From NCBI GenBank assembly GCA_977017575.1, contig CDRNVI010000168.1:1-64000 (forward strand): 64,000 bases of DNA. The letters run 5' to 3'. This stretch comes from Paramoeba atlantica (Eukaryota > Protista > Discosea). The notes under the pieces are model-generated. The model saw only the letters and a list, made by a program, of their open reading frames with translations. It did no database searches and was not told where the DNA came from. Positions 24,663 to 36,522 of this stretch are shown here, in pieces. Made by a program: the position numbers and the translations under genes. How positions within the stretch are numbered: the first letter of the stretch is position 1; every line of letters begins with the position of its first letter.

Positions 24663-25082
24663 TCAACGAGCCTTTTTAATGTTCATCCCTCCACCACAAC
24701 GTAAGAGAGAATAAAGTTCCAGATGTCCTCGAGACTTTGCAATTTGGGATGGCGTTGAAAAAGGGGCAAGTAAAGTTCGATCTGCCCCTGCATCCACTAA
24801 GATTACTGCACATTCATAATGTCCATGAAAAGCTGCATGGTGAAGGGGTGACCACTTTGAAGAGGACCCAATTTGGTTGACAAACGCTCCCTTTTTAATC
24901 AAGAGTTTGATACATTCAGGTTGATTATTTCTGGCTGCATGAATAAGGAGAGTTGCTCCATCATACTCTCCATTGATTGGGGCTCCTTGGTTCAAAAAAT
25001 TGTTTAAGATTTCAGTGTTTCCAGTTATGACTCCCTCAAGAATTGTTGAAGGTTTAACAGCCTTTGTCGAACGGGCACCCAT
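24663..25082 (-). CDS. Small ankyrin-repeat protein, 139 aa, Met-Gly start
   Basis: GATLLIHAARNNQPECIKLLIKKGA and WSPLHHAAFHGHYECAVILVDAGAD; starts MGARST, ends GGGMNIKKAR*. Confidence 0.85.
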   Translation of the reverse strand: MGARSTKAVKPSTILEGVITGNTEILNNFLNQGAPINGEYDGATLLIHAARNNQPECIKLLIKKGAFVNQIGSSSKWSPLHHAAFHGHYECAVILVDAGADRTLLAPFSTPSQIAKSRGHLELYSLLRCGGGMNIKKAR

Positions 25083-25368
25083 GTGGCTGCAAACGAGCGA
25101 TAAGATTGTTGGTTTCTGGTGCCGAGCAAACCGCCTTTTTTGAAAAAGAAAGAAAAAGAAATGAGTTCGGTGAAGAAATTTTGGATCGTTGGGAGAAAAC
25201 AAGAGGGAGGAAATTATTTTTGGGAGTTTTATTGTTTGTTGTGTTCTGGGAAAATTTCTTTTGTTAGGTTCTCCTTGATTTTTTTCTTCTTTTTCTTTTT
25301 TTTCAACAAATAGAGAAGAAGAGAAAAGAATCCCCTCCCCCTCCATCCATAGTCCGAAAAAAATCAAC

Positions 25369-26358
25369 TCAAGCCAACAACTTTTGATCTTTGAGGTAGT
25401 CCAAAATAATTTGAACAGATTCTTCAATGGACTTTTCTGGAACAAGAACCAACTCTGCATTTTCTGGTGCTTCGTAGGGGGCACTGATTCCAGTAAAATT
25501 GGGGATCTCTCCTTTTCGAGCTTTTTGATACAACCCTTTTGGATCTCGTTTCTCACATTCCTCGAGGGGGGTATTCACAAAAACTTCGATGAATCGGAGA
25601 GAACGTTCTTCATGTCTGGGAGTGTGTGGAAGAAGAAAAAGAAGTGAATTAATTTTTTGAAAAAAAAAAATCATGAAAAGGAGAGGGGGAGGGAGACAAG
25701 ACAACGACTCTCTCTTTGATTAAAATGAGGGCGAACGAGTCAATGTGATGCTTTGAAAAGAAATCCCAAACCTTTTTCGAATCTTATTTCGATCAGCAGC
25801 ATAAGGGCTGATAAAAGAAGTAATGGAGACTGTTCCTGATTCCGCAAAGAGAAGTGAGACCTCTCCAATTCTTCTGATATTTTCTGTTCGATCCTCAGGA
25901 GAAAATCCCTTTTTATTGAATGGATAATTAGTCCTTGGACTTTGAAACAAAAAGTGAAAGAATGACCCAATTATACAAAATTGAGGGAAATCAATTGAAT
26001 CGAAACCAAAAAAAAAACTGAAAGTTTCAACAAAATAAATAAAATTCAACAAACCAAGTTAGAATTCAATCCAAATCGGACGTTATCTCCGTCAAGTCGA
26101 AATGCATGAACCTTTCGTTGGACAAGAACTTGTTCAAGAGCGCTCGCAATTGTTGACTTTCCAGAACCAGAGAGCCCTGTTCCATTTTGCATTTTTCAAT
26201 TTCTTCTGTGTTTCAGAAAAAAAAAGATTTTTTGGTGGCTGAATAGAAAAACCTGTAAACCACAAAGTACACCCATGGACACCAAGAGACTCCCAACGCT
26301 CTTGGATAGTGAAATTTCCACTGTGCCAATGAATATTTGTTGATTTGGGTTCAGCCAT
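25369..26358 (-). CDS. cysC: Adenylyl-sulfate (APS) kinase, 4 exons
   Basis: [64 protein letters not shown]. Confidence 0.96.
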
Positions 26359-26669
26359 TTGAGAGAATTCCTTTTTACGAACGCGAACCAAAAGAACAAA
26401 AGAAAAGAGTTTGAACAAAAAAGGGAAAGTTCAGAAAATTTAGCGTTTTAGCGCCCCAAATAAGAACCTGAAGAAACCCTTTTTTTCTTTAAATGGTGTT
26501 TTTTTGTATTGATCCCTTTGGGGGGTGTTTTTACAATATTTTTTACTTGAAAAATCACTTTCTTCAAAAGTTAAAAAAAGCAATCGTTTTGAAAAGGTAG
26601 TTTTCTCGCTTTCTCTCTCTCTTTTTTGTTTGTTGTTTGGGAAGGAAGGGAAAAAACACAGACACAATC

Positions 26670-28126
26670 ATGTGGCGAGGGGCTGGGTCGTCGTTTCTTC
26701 AAACGGCAAAGTTCGTTTCATTGAACTCCACAACCAAAACAACTCCATTTTCTTTGGGATTACTCTCCCGTCCTCTTTCTTCTTCCAGTTTGTATGATCA
26801 CAGAAGAATCGCAAATCGAAGCGGTTGGAAAGTTCCGGAAGATGATGATGCAGATCTTTGGGAGTTGCCAAATGAACGACTTGGAAATACTTATGCCCTT
26901 AACTGGTCTCTCAATCGACAATCAATTACTCCCCATGGAGATGCTTTCCATAACTTGTTCCCTCGAGGTCTTCAACAACTCTCTTCTTCCCCTTTGACCA
27001 AAGAAAAAGCGACAACTCTGTCTGATTTCTCCGCCAACAAGACATTGAAAGTGTTTGGAGATGGATTTGGAAATGAATTATCACCATCTGATTTTAAACA
27101 ACTCTTTCGACAAGTTCGGATGCATTTCTCTGATGTTGAGAAACTTTTTGTGACCGATGGGTTTCTTGGTTCGTCTGCTGAATCGAGATTGTCTGCTCGT
27201 TTTGTAACAGATAATGCTGATACATCTCTTTTCCATCACCATAATGTTATTTCTGCTCCAAAGACAAGTCCATTTGATTGGCAATCGCAATTATTTGTCT
27301 ATGTTTTCGACTCTCTCCCTTCTCTTCCTCCTTCATTCCAATCTGTGAATGGTCCTTTTGCTGCTGTTGACTTGGAAGGAGGAAATGTTCTTATTCACTC
27401 TCATGGAAACTTTTCATCTGTTCAAGATCTCCTTTCTTCTGTCTTTGCTCAGATGGTTTCTTCCCCTGATTCTCAATTTGATTTGTTGAATTGTGATGCG
27501 CGCATCTCCCCTAATCGAGAAACCTCTCTTGTTTTTGATGGTGCTTCAAAAGGAAATGGGTTTGGCTCACAAGCTGGTGAATTGTTTGGTTCTAAACAAA
27601 TTATTTTATCTGACAATCAAATCTCTCGAGTTTGGAAAGGCGTAACTTCTTCTTCCTCTCTTCTTTCTCCCTCTCGAGGGGATGTTGTTGTAGACGGAGC
27701 TCTTGCAACCTCCATTCTCCCACAGGGGAATGAAGGAAGTCTTCCTTCTTCAATCTTTATTTTGAATGAAGAGAGTTCAAATGGGCCATTGTCTCGAGTG
27801 AGTAGCTCAGAGGCTTCTCAACTTCTTTCGAAGATGAATGTTGTACGATTTGGGAATGGAGAGAAATTAAACAAACTCCTTTCTTCCGTGAAAGATATTT
27901 TTGTTGTGAATGGTTCTGTTTCGGAAGTGGAATTGAATCAATTGTTTAATAATCCTGTTGTTGTGGAGGTTTTTTTTCTTTTCTTTCTTTTTCCCCTTTT
28001 CTTTCTTGATTCAAAGATTTTAACCCCTTTTTTTCTTTTTTCTTTCTTTTTTTATGATAGTCTCAACAAACTCCAAAACCAAAGAAAGAGGGAAAGAAAA
28101 AGAAATCTTCACCCAAAGCTAAATAA
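26670..28126 (+). CDS. Degenerate ATP-PEPCK-like protein with a predicted mitochondrial presequence, one intron near the 3' end
   Basis: R/S-rich acid-free N-terminus; LFVTDGFLGSS...ARFVTD recalls PEPCK LFVxDxFxG; the position of the kinase P-loop is degenerate (SLVFDGASKG...LFGSKQ). Confidence 0.6.
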
Positions 28127-28198
28127 AACACAGTTGTTTTTAAATATCCAATTTCTTGAAATATTTATTGATTTAGTTTTTTGTTTGTTTGTTTTTTC

Positions 28199-31100
28199 TC
28201 ATCCAAAAAATTTTGAACCAAACTTATTCAACAAACCCCCTCCAACTCCTAACCCATAAGGTCGATCTCCCACAACATTTTTCGTTTTTCCATGTGCTTT
28301 TGCTAAATACGTTTTGCCCTCAAAAATATAAGACAAATGATAAACAGGTAAAAAAATCAATTGATAAGTTGTGTGATGGAATGTACACTGAACAACAATA
28401 TCCTTCACCTTCGTCCCATCTGATTCCCACTCTTTTTTTGCCTTTTCTTTCTCTTCTTTCTTTAGTAGTTCTGCATGGAGACTCCAAACCGCATGCCAAT
28501 CAACCGGTTCCAAAAACTCACTTTGAACAGAAGGAACAAGAGAAGCGGTCGAAAAATCCCAATCCTTTTCTGAAAATTCTTTCTTCCAGCTCACATATTG
28601 ATCTTCCGTCGAACCAAACAACAAAATATTACTATAATTATCTTCTCTTGTTCTTTCTCCTGGTGTCCACACTCCTTGAAGCACTTTGGACCCATCATCT
28701 TTCGTAATTTCGATCGTTTCCAACCACTTTCCAAAATATTGGGTTGTTACACTGGTTGAACAGACCCAAAAAGGATAATAAATTGGATTTACCTCCAAAA
28801 TGTCCATTTTGTTGGTTAGATCTGAGGGAGCAAACCATCTATCACTGAGCCATCGAACCAAAAGACCTCTTGCTTCATCAGCTCGAAATTCAAACGCAGC
28901 CACTCGAGAGGACGCAATCATCGCAGAAGATTTTTCAGAAAGTTTTGCACCACCGAGGGAACAATAGATTGGATCTTTTCCAGACTTCTGGGGATTTAAA
29001 GGTTGAGGTTGGAGTGGTTGGTGCTGATTTTGACTTGGATAGGTCGAAGGAGTTGGTGCGATTGGATGTGCTCCTTGTGAGACGATAGATTGTTGTGAAT
29101 AGCTCTTTGTCATTGGAGGAGGAGCAGAAGAGTTTGGAGCTACTGGAGAGAATGAATTTGGAGGAAATTGATTCTTTTGTCGTTGTTGGGTCATTGGGCT
29201 GTTAGCTACAGGAGCTCCTGGAAGAGGTCGTTGAGGTTGAAGTGGTTGGTTCATCGAAACTGACCGATTCATCGGGCGCATGGGAGCCTGAGCCCCAATT
29301 CCTGGGTTTGGGAGTGGTTGGTTCTGATGTTGTGGAAGCTGACGAGACTGAGGCGGTTGGCTTGGATTGAGTGGTCGTTGTTGGGGTTGTAAAGCTGGAA
29401 GAGACCGGCTGGTATTGGTGGGCTGTGGACTGAGTGGCCCTGAGGGACGATTCCCAAGAGTTGAGGGAGTTGGAGACAGAGGATCGGAAACATTTGGAAG
29501 GGGGCGAGCTCCCGAGTTTGTTGGCTGCTTTGTTTTGACTGAGTCGAGGTATTTTTGAATCTCAATGGCAAGCGCAAAGTTCTTTGGAAGGAAAGAAACT
29601 GCAATGGTACTACGGAAACGGCACACTGGACAAATGTGGGGAGGGGGATTTCGGCTGAGACATTCGAAACAAAATGAATGAGAACAACCTAAGGCTCGAG
29701 GATCGCGTTGAAGTTTTCGACAGACCGGGCAAAATAAAGAAGGAGGGGGAGAGAGGGCGGTGGGGTTGGGATTGAAATTAGAATTGGGATTGGGAGATGG
29801 AGAAGAGTTGGAGTTGGGGTTGAGATGAGATTGGTTTTGTTGATTCATGGCGGGGATATTTGGGTTACTAAGATTTGGATGATTGAGGTTAGTTGGTTGG
29901 TTTTGTCTCATTTGGTTCATTGGAACCTTGGAATTCATCTGTGGAGCAGAGCTCAATGGTCGACTGGGTTGATTCATTGGGGCCTTGGAATTTGGGTGGG
30001 TGGGAGTGGTCGGTAGGTTTCGGTTATACTGGTTCATTGGGACATTTTTGGAAGAAGGTTGATTCATTGGTGTGTATTGATTCATTGGTTGATTTGCTTT
30101 TGGGTTCACTTGAGAGGTTGGTGCTGTCGAGGGAGTTTGTATGGAAGGGGTTGTTGGTGTTGGTCTGGTGGGTTGGGCTCGAGTTGGTGGAGTTGAAGTT
30201 GGAGTTGGTGTCGGTTTTGGAATAGGAGCCGAAGTCGGGTTGGCCACTTGTTGTGTTGTGGGAGCGGTTTTCGGTTGAGCTGAAGGAGGACTTTGGGTTT
30301 CAGTCGTTGAAGAAGAAGAAGAAGGGGTTGAACTTGATCCAGTAAACCACGAAAAAAAACTTGATGCAATTCCTCCACTTTCTTGAGGAGGATCATCTTT
30401 TGGTTTTGACTCTGATAGTTGAGGAGAGATTTCACTTTTTGTTTGAGGGGGTTGTGGTTGGGGTTGTTGAGGCTGTCGTGGTGGTTGTTGTTGGCGGGCT
30501 TGTTGTTGCCCTTGAGGTTGTTGTTGCACTTGAGGCTGATGGGGGTATGGTTGTCGCGTTTGTGATTGAAACGCTTGTGGTTGCTTCTGGGGTTGTGTTA
30601 CTTGAGGATAGCCAGTTGTGGCAGCTGGCGAAGTTTGTTGCCTTGAAGGAAAAGTACTTGGGGTTGAGTGTGGAGTTTGTTGTTGTTGCTGACTATTTCT
30701 TCTTTGGTTTGTGACCGATCGCCTTGGAGGTGGTGACTGGAGTGAGGATGAAGAGCTTTTTCCACTCATTTGTGAAATCTGATCAAAAACCTTGGAATTT
30801 ACAGCAGTCAAACTTTCTTCTGATAAAACTGGTTTCATTGGGGGTGGAGCAGAAGGAGAAGGTCCTGACGGCATTCTTGGGGGTTGGTCTTGAACTAATT
30901 TCGGAGTTGAGGTGCTTGTAGAAGATGGGGGTGAGAGGTTTGCCTTTTTGGGTGATGATTGTTGTTGAGGAGGAGGGGGTGGCTTACGAGAAGGGCGGGT
31001 TTCAGGAATTCGTTCAATGTAGCTCCTCGGAATGAATCCTGTTTTAGTTCCACATGTTGCAAGAACCCAATCTCCATCACTTTCAGAAAAAAATTAAATT

Positions 31101-32210
31101 TAATGTATGTTAAAAAAAAGAAAAAATCAAAAAGAAAAAGAAAAGACCTTTTTGTTTCGCAAATAGAGATATGATCCCCAGACTGAACGGTCAGTTCACT
31201 CGAATCACTTGCATTAAATTGGAACTTTACAAGATATTCAACAGAGGGTGGAGTCGAAGGGGGAGCAGCGGGAGGTGCTTGTTCTTCTTTTTTACTTTTG
31301 ATATGTTCATCAAGGTGACTTTGGATTTGTGCAATACTTTCCCACGTAAACTTCTTTTCACAAAATGGGCATTCAGCAACATTAGGTGGAGGAGAGGTAG
31401 ATGTCTTTGAATCAGAAGGACTAGAAGGAGCAGGGCTCGGAGTAGATGGACTTGAAGTTGAAGAAGGAGGAGAAGGAGAAGGAGAAGGGGAAGGAGAGGG
31501 AGAAGGGGAAGGAGAAGGAGAAGGAGAAGGGGAAGGGGAAGCAGAGGGTGGGGAAAGGTGTGATTTTGTTGAGCTTTGTGAAGGGGGAGTTACATTTGAT
31601 GAAGGAGGAGGGGAAGAGGGTGTTGTTGAAGAAGGAGGAGCTGAAGGAGTTGAAGAAACAGTTGAGGAAGAGGAACTTTGTGGTGAAGATGGAGTCGAGG
31701 AGGATGGTGAAGGAGAAGGAGAAGAAGAAACAGTTGAAGAAATGGAACTTTTTGAAGAATTTTTTGGTAAAGTTTGTGAAGTTTTGGATGAAGGGGGAGG
31801 TGAAGAAGTTGTTGTTGAAGATAAGGAAGAAGAGCTTTTTGAATCAGAAGAGGAAGGAGTTGGAGGAGGAGATGATGGGGAAGAAGAATTTGTCGAAACT
31901 TCAGGTTTACTCTCGTACTCAGAAAGATCAAAAGTAGAATAAGAGTCTTCTGTAATATCAACAGTATCTGGTTGTGGAACATTGGAAAATTCACTCACAA
32001 AGATATCGTCATCGCTACTTTCATCATCATCGGATCCGCTTTCTCCTCCCTAATCAGAAGAATCAATTCAAAAATTCTCTTTCACTCTGGTCAGAAATAA
32101 AAAAAATTGACCTGAAAGAGAGAGTTCGATTTGAGAAATTCTGCGGCCATGAGGATTGAATCTCGATTCCTTGTTGCAAAGGTTGTGTTAAACAATCTCT
32201 TGTCATCCAT
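28199..32210 (-). CDS. Large Pro/Ser/Gln-rich protein: UBZ-like zinc finger, SH3, RING and an uncharacterised C-terminal domain; 3 exons
   Basis: CPFCEKK...HLDEH; FQFNASDSSELTVQSGD...DWVLATCGTKTGFIPRSYIE (SH3 split by an intron); CPVC...CSHSFCFEC...CPVC (RING); C-terminal AFEFRADEAR...RWFAPSDL...YYPFW. Confidence 0.75.
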
Positions 32211-32556
32211 TGTCGATCCCGATTGCCCATCAGTTTCACAAGAGAAAAAACACAGGCTGGAGTTGCGTTTCGGCAAACACAACGAAAGGAAAACGAAAAG
32301 AAAAAGGACGGTGTCCCCGATTCTTTTTATGTCCCTTCATTTTGTGGGTGTTCTTGTTTTGCACCACCCTTTTGTTCAAAGCAAGGTGATGAAAGTTGTC
32401 AGACACAATTTGTTAAAGAGATTGGTCTTTCTTGCTCCGACAAATTGAAATAAAGATGTCCAATGTGGATCATTCTAGATATTTTAGGTAGTTTCTTTGT
32501 TCTTCTCATTGTTTAAGAGACCTTAGATATTCATTTCACACTATGTTTTTTGCGAA

Positions 32557-33456
32557 TTACTGGAGAGTTTGAACAACTGACTTGACAATTTCATATGAAG
32601 CAACATAAATTTCATCGAGGTCAGAGGTGGTGGAAGAGGCAGCACCAAATTTGATCTGTTTTCCGATTGATTGTTGAAGAGAAGATGGAAGAATGAAAGG
32701 TTGATCATCGCAAGGGAGGAGTGTCCGTGCAGGGGCCATTGCACTGAGGTGGATCCATCTAACTCCACTCTGAGTTACAATTTCTTTGACATTCTTCGGA
32801 GAGATCCCCCCTCCACCAATAACTTGGACAACAGATTCTGGTGATTTCTGATTCTCCTCTTTCTCCGCCAACTTTTGAGTATCTCTAATCATGTGAGTCA
32901 TAAGTCGAAGTGTATCAACTCCTTGGAGCGCAGTAGATGCTCCACCACTACTAAGAATTCCGTAAACTTCAAGGGAAAGAGCTGTCTCAACTTCCTTCAC
33001 CGGATCAGAGCAAACATCGATACATCTGTGGATGACAAATCTTTTTTGTTTCCCTCCACTCTGTAGAAGCTGGTTTCGCAAGTCAGAAAGAGCATTTTTG
33101 TCCAATGTCATAATTTCTTCACCTTCTTCTTCCATTCTTGTGATTGAAAGAGCGCCAGTCACGATCCCATCAACTTCTGGGAGAAGAGAAAAAGCTTTGA
33201 TATCTTCTTTCATTGTCTCCAGTTCCGAGTCAGAATAGATGAAACTCCCCGCTCGTGGACGTACCATGACATGAAGTTCGATTCTTTTGGCTTGTTCTTG
33301 AACAAAAGAAATGATGGACTTCACAAGACCCATTGAAGGGGTCAACCCCCCAACTCCTCGAAGTTGAGAACAGATCTCCAAGCGATGTGACCCTCCATTG
33401 ACCGCAGCAATGGCACTGTCTTTTGAATCCACACAAACCTCAACACAAACTTCCAT
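32557..33456 (-). CDS. CUTC: CutC-family copper homeostasis protein, intronless
   Basis: EVCVDS..A..AV.GG.HRLEICS...GGLTPSMG, VMVRPRAGSFIYS, HRCID, ILSSGG, GGGI, IHLSA. Confidence 0.92.
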   Translation of the reverse strand: MEVCVEVCVDSKDSAIAAVNGGSHRLEICSQLRGVGGLTPSMGLVKSIISFVQEQAKRIELHVMVRPRAGSFIYSDSELETMKEDIKAFSLLPEVDGIVTGALSITRMEEEGEEIMTLDKNALSDLRNQLLQSGGKQKRFVIHRCIDVCSDPVKEVETALSLEVYGILSSGGASTALQGVDTLRLMTHMIRDTQKLAEKEENQKSPESVVQVIGGGGISPKNVKEIVTQSGVRWIHLSAMAPARTLLPCDDQPFILPSSLQQSIGKQIKFGAASSTTSDLDEIYVASYEIVKSVVQTLQ

Positions 33457-33765
33457 TTCTGTTCTGAAAAGAATTAAGCTCGAGAGAGAAGGGACGACAG
33501 GGGCTCTCGCTCTTGAGATCTTCGACAACCACACACACGGCAAGAAGAGTTTTTTCAACACAAAAAATTTTCGTTGTGGTCAAAAAGACTCCACCACTCC
33601 AAAAATATTTGACTTTTTATCCTTGAAAGACAATTTTCGATGGTTTTGCGGATGGAGTCCACCAAACACTTTCTTTCTTGAGTCTTCTCTTTGCCTCGAC
33701 AATCGAGAAATTAAAAAACGAGGTTTTTCCTCCTTTCGCTTCTTGTTTGAGTTTTTTTACTTAAT

Positions 33766-36522
33766 TTATTTAGGAACACTGGCAAGTGGAAGTGCCACAA
33801 GGGTAGTCGTCTGGCCAATAGCTTCTCCATAAATCTGTGAAAGATGGTAAGAACAAGAAGATTGAAAAAAAAAAAAGAAGAAAGAAAGGAGAAGGTGGAG
33901 AGGAAGAGAAAAATAAGAAGAAGAAGGGAGAAGAGAGAAAAAAGAGTAACCTGTTTCAGTGCCCGGATAAAAATACTGACCCATGGGTTTCCCCCCTAAT
34001 GAAACGACTTCATCCTGGGTGGTAATATAATCATAGTTGGACGAAATAACATTGTAAACTGCTTCTGGGTCGACGGGGAGTTGAGACAAATACCAACTTG
34101 GTTCGTCGTCGTCTTCAACTTTTTGATGGTAGTTTTCACCAAGCTTCCCCTGATGGTGGGTGGTGGTGGTTAATATATAAACACACTATTTACTAGATAG
34201 AGACTATCATGTCTACACATGTCTTTACGTCATTGTTGACAAAAAGGGGACTTGGGGGTTCGGGCGAGTTTGAAAAAAAAGATACCTTGATGATGGTGTG
34301 GGGGCATGGTTTGGGTACATTAGGAGCTCTGTCTTTCCTGTGTGGGAGTGGACTGTTTTTAATTTATTAGTTAGTTTGAAAACCTCTTCTCTTTTGCAAA
34401 AAAGAGATAAAGAAAAAGAGAAAGAAAAAAATAGAAAAAAAAGAAAAGATAAAAAAAAGGGGAAAAAACCTAGAGCCATTCAAATTCTGAATCAGCCCCA
34501 ACAACTGTGACCCAGTCATAATCGAGTAATCAAAAATGTCGTCAAATGGCATCACCGCCACCACATCATTGTTTGTTTGGACCCCCTAAATCACAAGGGT
34601 GAGAAGAAAAAAGAGAAGAAAAAGAATTGCGGAGAGGAGGGAAAGGAGAAGAAAAGGGGGAGAGGAAGAAAGAAAAAGAAGAGACAGATACCTGATAGAC
34701 ATTATCCCTCAAGGCATAGGCATTTGTGAAGAAATATGGCAAATTATCTGTCGAGAGAGGGAACAGATACTGAGGAATAATTATGTTGATCCACAAGTTC
34801 CAGATCGAGGATACATTCGAGATGTCTGCATATAAATCGTAGTACATTTGAGAACAACCAAGAGGGAAGGTCAGGTTGAGTTTGTTGGAAATGATATTGA
34901 TTTCCTGTAAGAGGAGGTGGTCAAAAAACAAGAACAAGAAAACAGGAACAAGAACAGGGACAAGAAAGAATAAGAAAAAAAAGAGTCTTTCAATTCCAAC
35001 CTCTTTCATCACCTTCCCCTTGTCCGTCAAAAAATTCTCTTCCGTTGTTTGTGAGAGGGTATAAAAATTATCGAGAGTGGTGGGCATAAACATGTACTCA
35101 ACATCCCTCATTTTCTTTGTCTTTGTATCGAATGTAAAGTTCACCAAACCCAAGACCTCAAAATATTTCCCAGCCTCCAATGTGAAGGATTGGTTGTCGT
35201 ACCATTCCTAAAAGGAGGGAGGGAGAAGGTGGAAGGAGGGAAAAGGAAAATTAGAAAATTTGTGGTTGTGAGAGGTTCTGGGAGGGTGGAAAGAAAAAGA
35301 AAATCTTCAAGACAAAGAAGCTCACAAACATAATATAAAATATGACGATGCCCACTGAAAAGAACGAGGGGCTTGTATCTGTGGTAAGAGCGTACGGCCT
35401 GATAGATTGCTTGAATCAGGGTCTCGTTCTCAGAGGGGTCGATGTGGGCAGTCACTACATAAATATCAACATCGGGGACTTGCATTGCCTTGTTGAAAAA
35501 AAGCGAGTTAGGGAGAAGGGAGATGGGTAAAAAGAAAGAGGATGGGTTTTTTTTTTTACCTCAACAAACCAACTCTCCTGAACGGCATCTTCCACAAATG
35601 TCACGAATGTATTGTTTGAATTTTGGGTGAAGTTGTAGATGAACCCCATAACGAGCATTTTGATTCCATACCCCACATCAAGAACACTGTATCTTTCCCC
35701 AATCGGTTGCATATTTTTCTGTTTTTAGATGTATGAGAGGGAGAATGGGGGGAGAATGGGGAGAGAAAGGACTTTCATGTAAGCATTTGAAGTCAAATAT
35801 CTAGGGGGGGGATTTCGATTCCATGATGGGACAAAATTATTCTCCAAATAATCTGCTTGTTGGTCGGCACCAATGTCATGATTTCCAACCTAAGGAAGAA
35901 GGAAAATAAGAAGGGAGAAAAAGGAGAAGAAAGAGAAGAGAAAAGAAAAGAAAAAGAGAAAAGAAGAAAGAAAAGAAAAGAAAGAAAAGAAGATAAGAAA
36001 AAATAAAAAAAAAAAACCGTAAAAGCAGTAAACTCCCTGATCTGCTCGGTCAAATCCCAGATAAACCTGCCATGAACATACGTCTGATCACTAATCCCAG
36101 TCCCCTCCACCAAATCACCAGAGTCAAACAAAAGAAAAATAGTCTTCTCTTCTTCTTTTGATCTGTTTGACACATGTTCAAGGAGAGAGGTGAAGTCTCC
36201 GTAGTCGGTGTTGAGGTTGTCGTCGTGCGGGTGGCCAGCAATCCAACCGTGGATGTCTGTCACTTGCATCATTTGTACGTTGATCTTTTTGTGGAGGAAT
36301 GAATAAGAACAGGAGGAAAGAGGAAAAAAAAAAGAAAAGAAGAGAAGAGAAGAGAAGAACAGGAAAAGAAGCTTCTCTTTCTTTTTGTCTTTTCTTCTCT
36401 TCCGTTCCCTTTTCTTTTTTTCTGAATCTGACAAAAAGAAAAAAAAAAGAAAAAAGAACATGTTCAGCACTGGCATGATAACAGAGAACACACAAGACAA
36501 GACCAATTGCCCAACTCATCAT
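33766..36522 (-). CDS. Secreted calcineurin-like metallophosphoesterase / 5'-nucleotidase (yeast YHR202W-like), multi-exon
   Basis: Signal peptide; TDIHGW, DSGDLVEGTG, GNHDIG, VTAHID, SGHRH, LEAGKY motifs. Confidence 0.85.
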
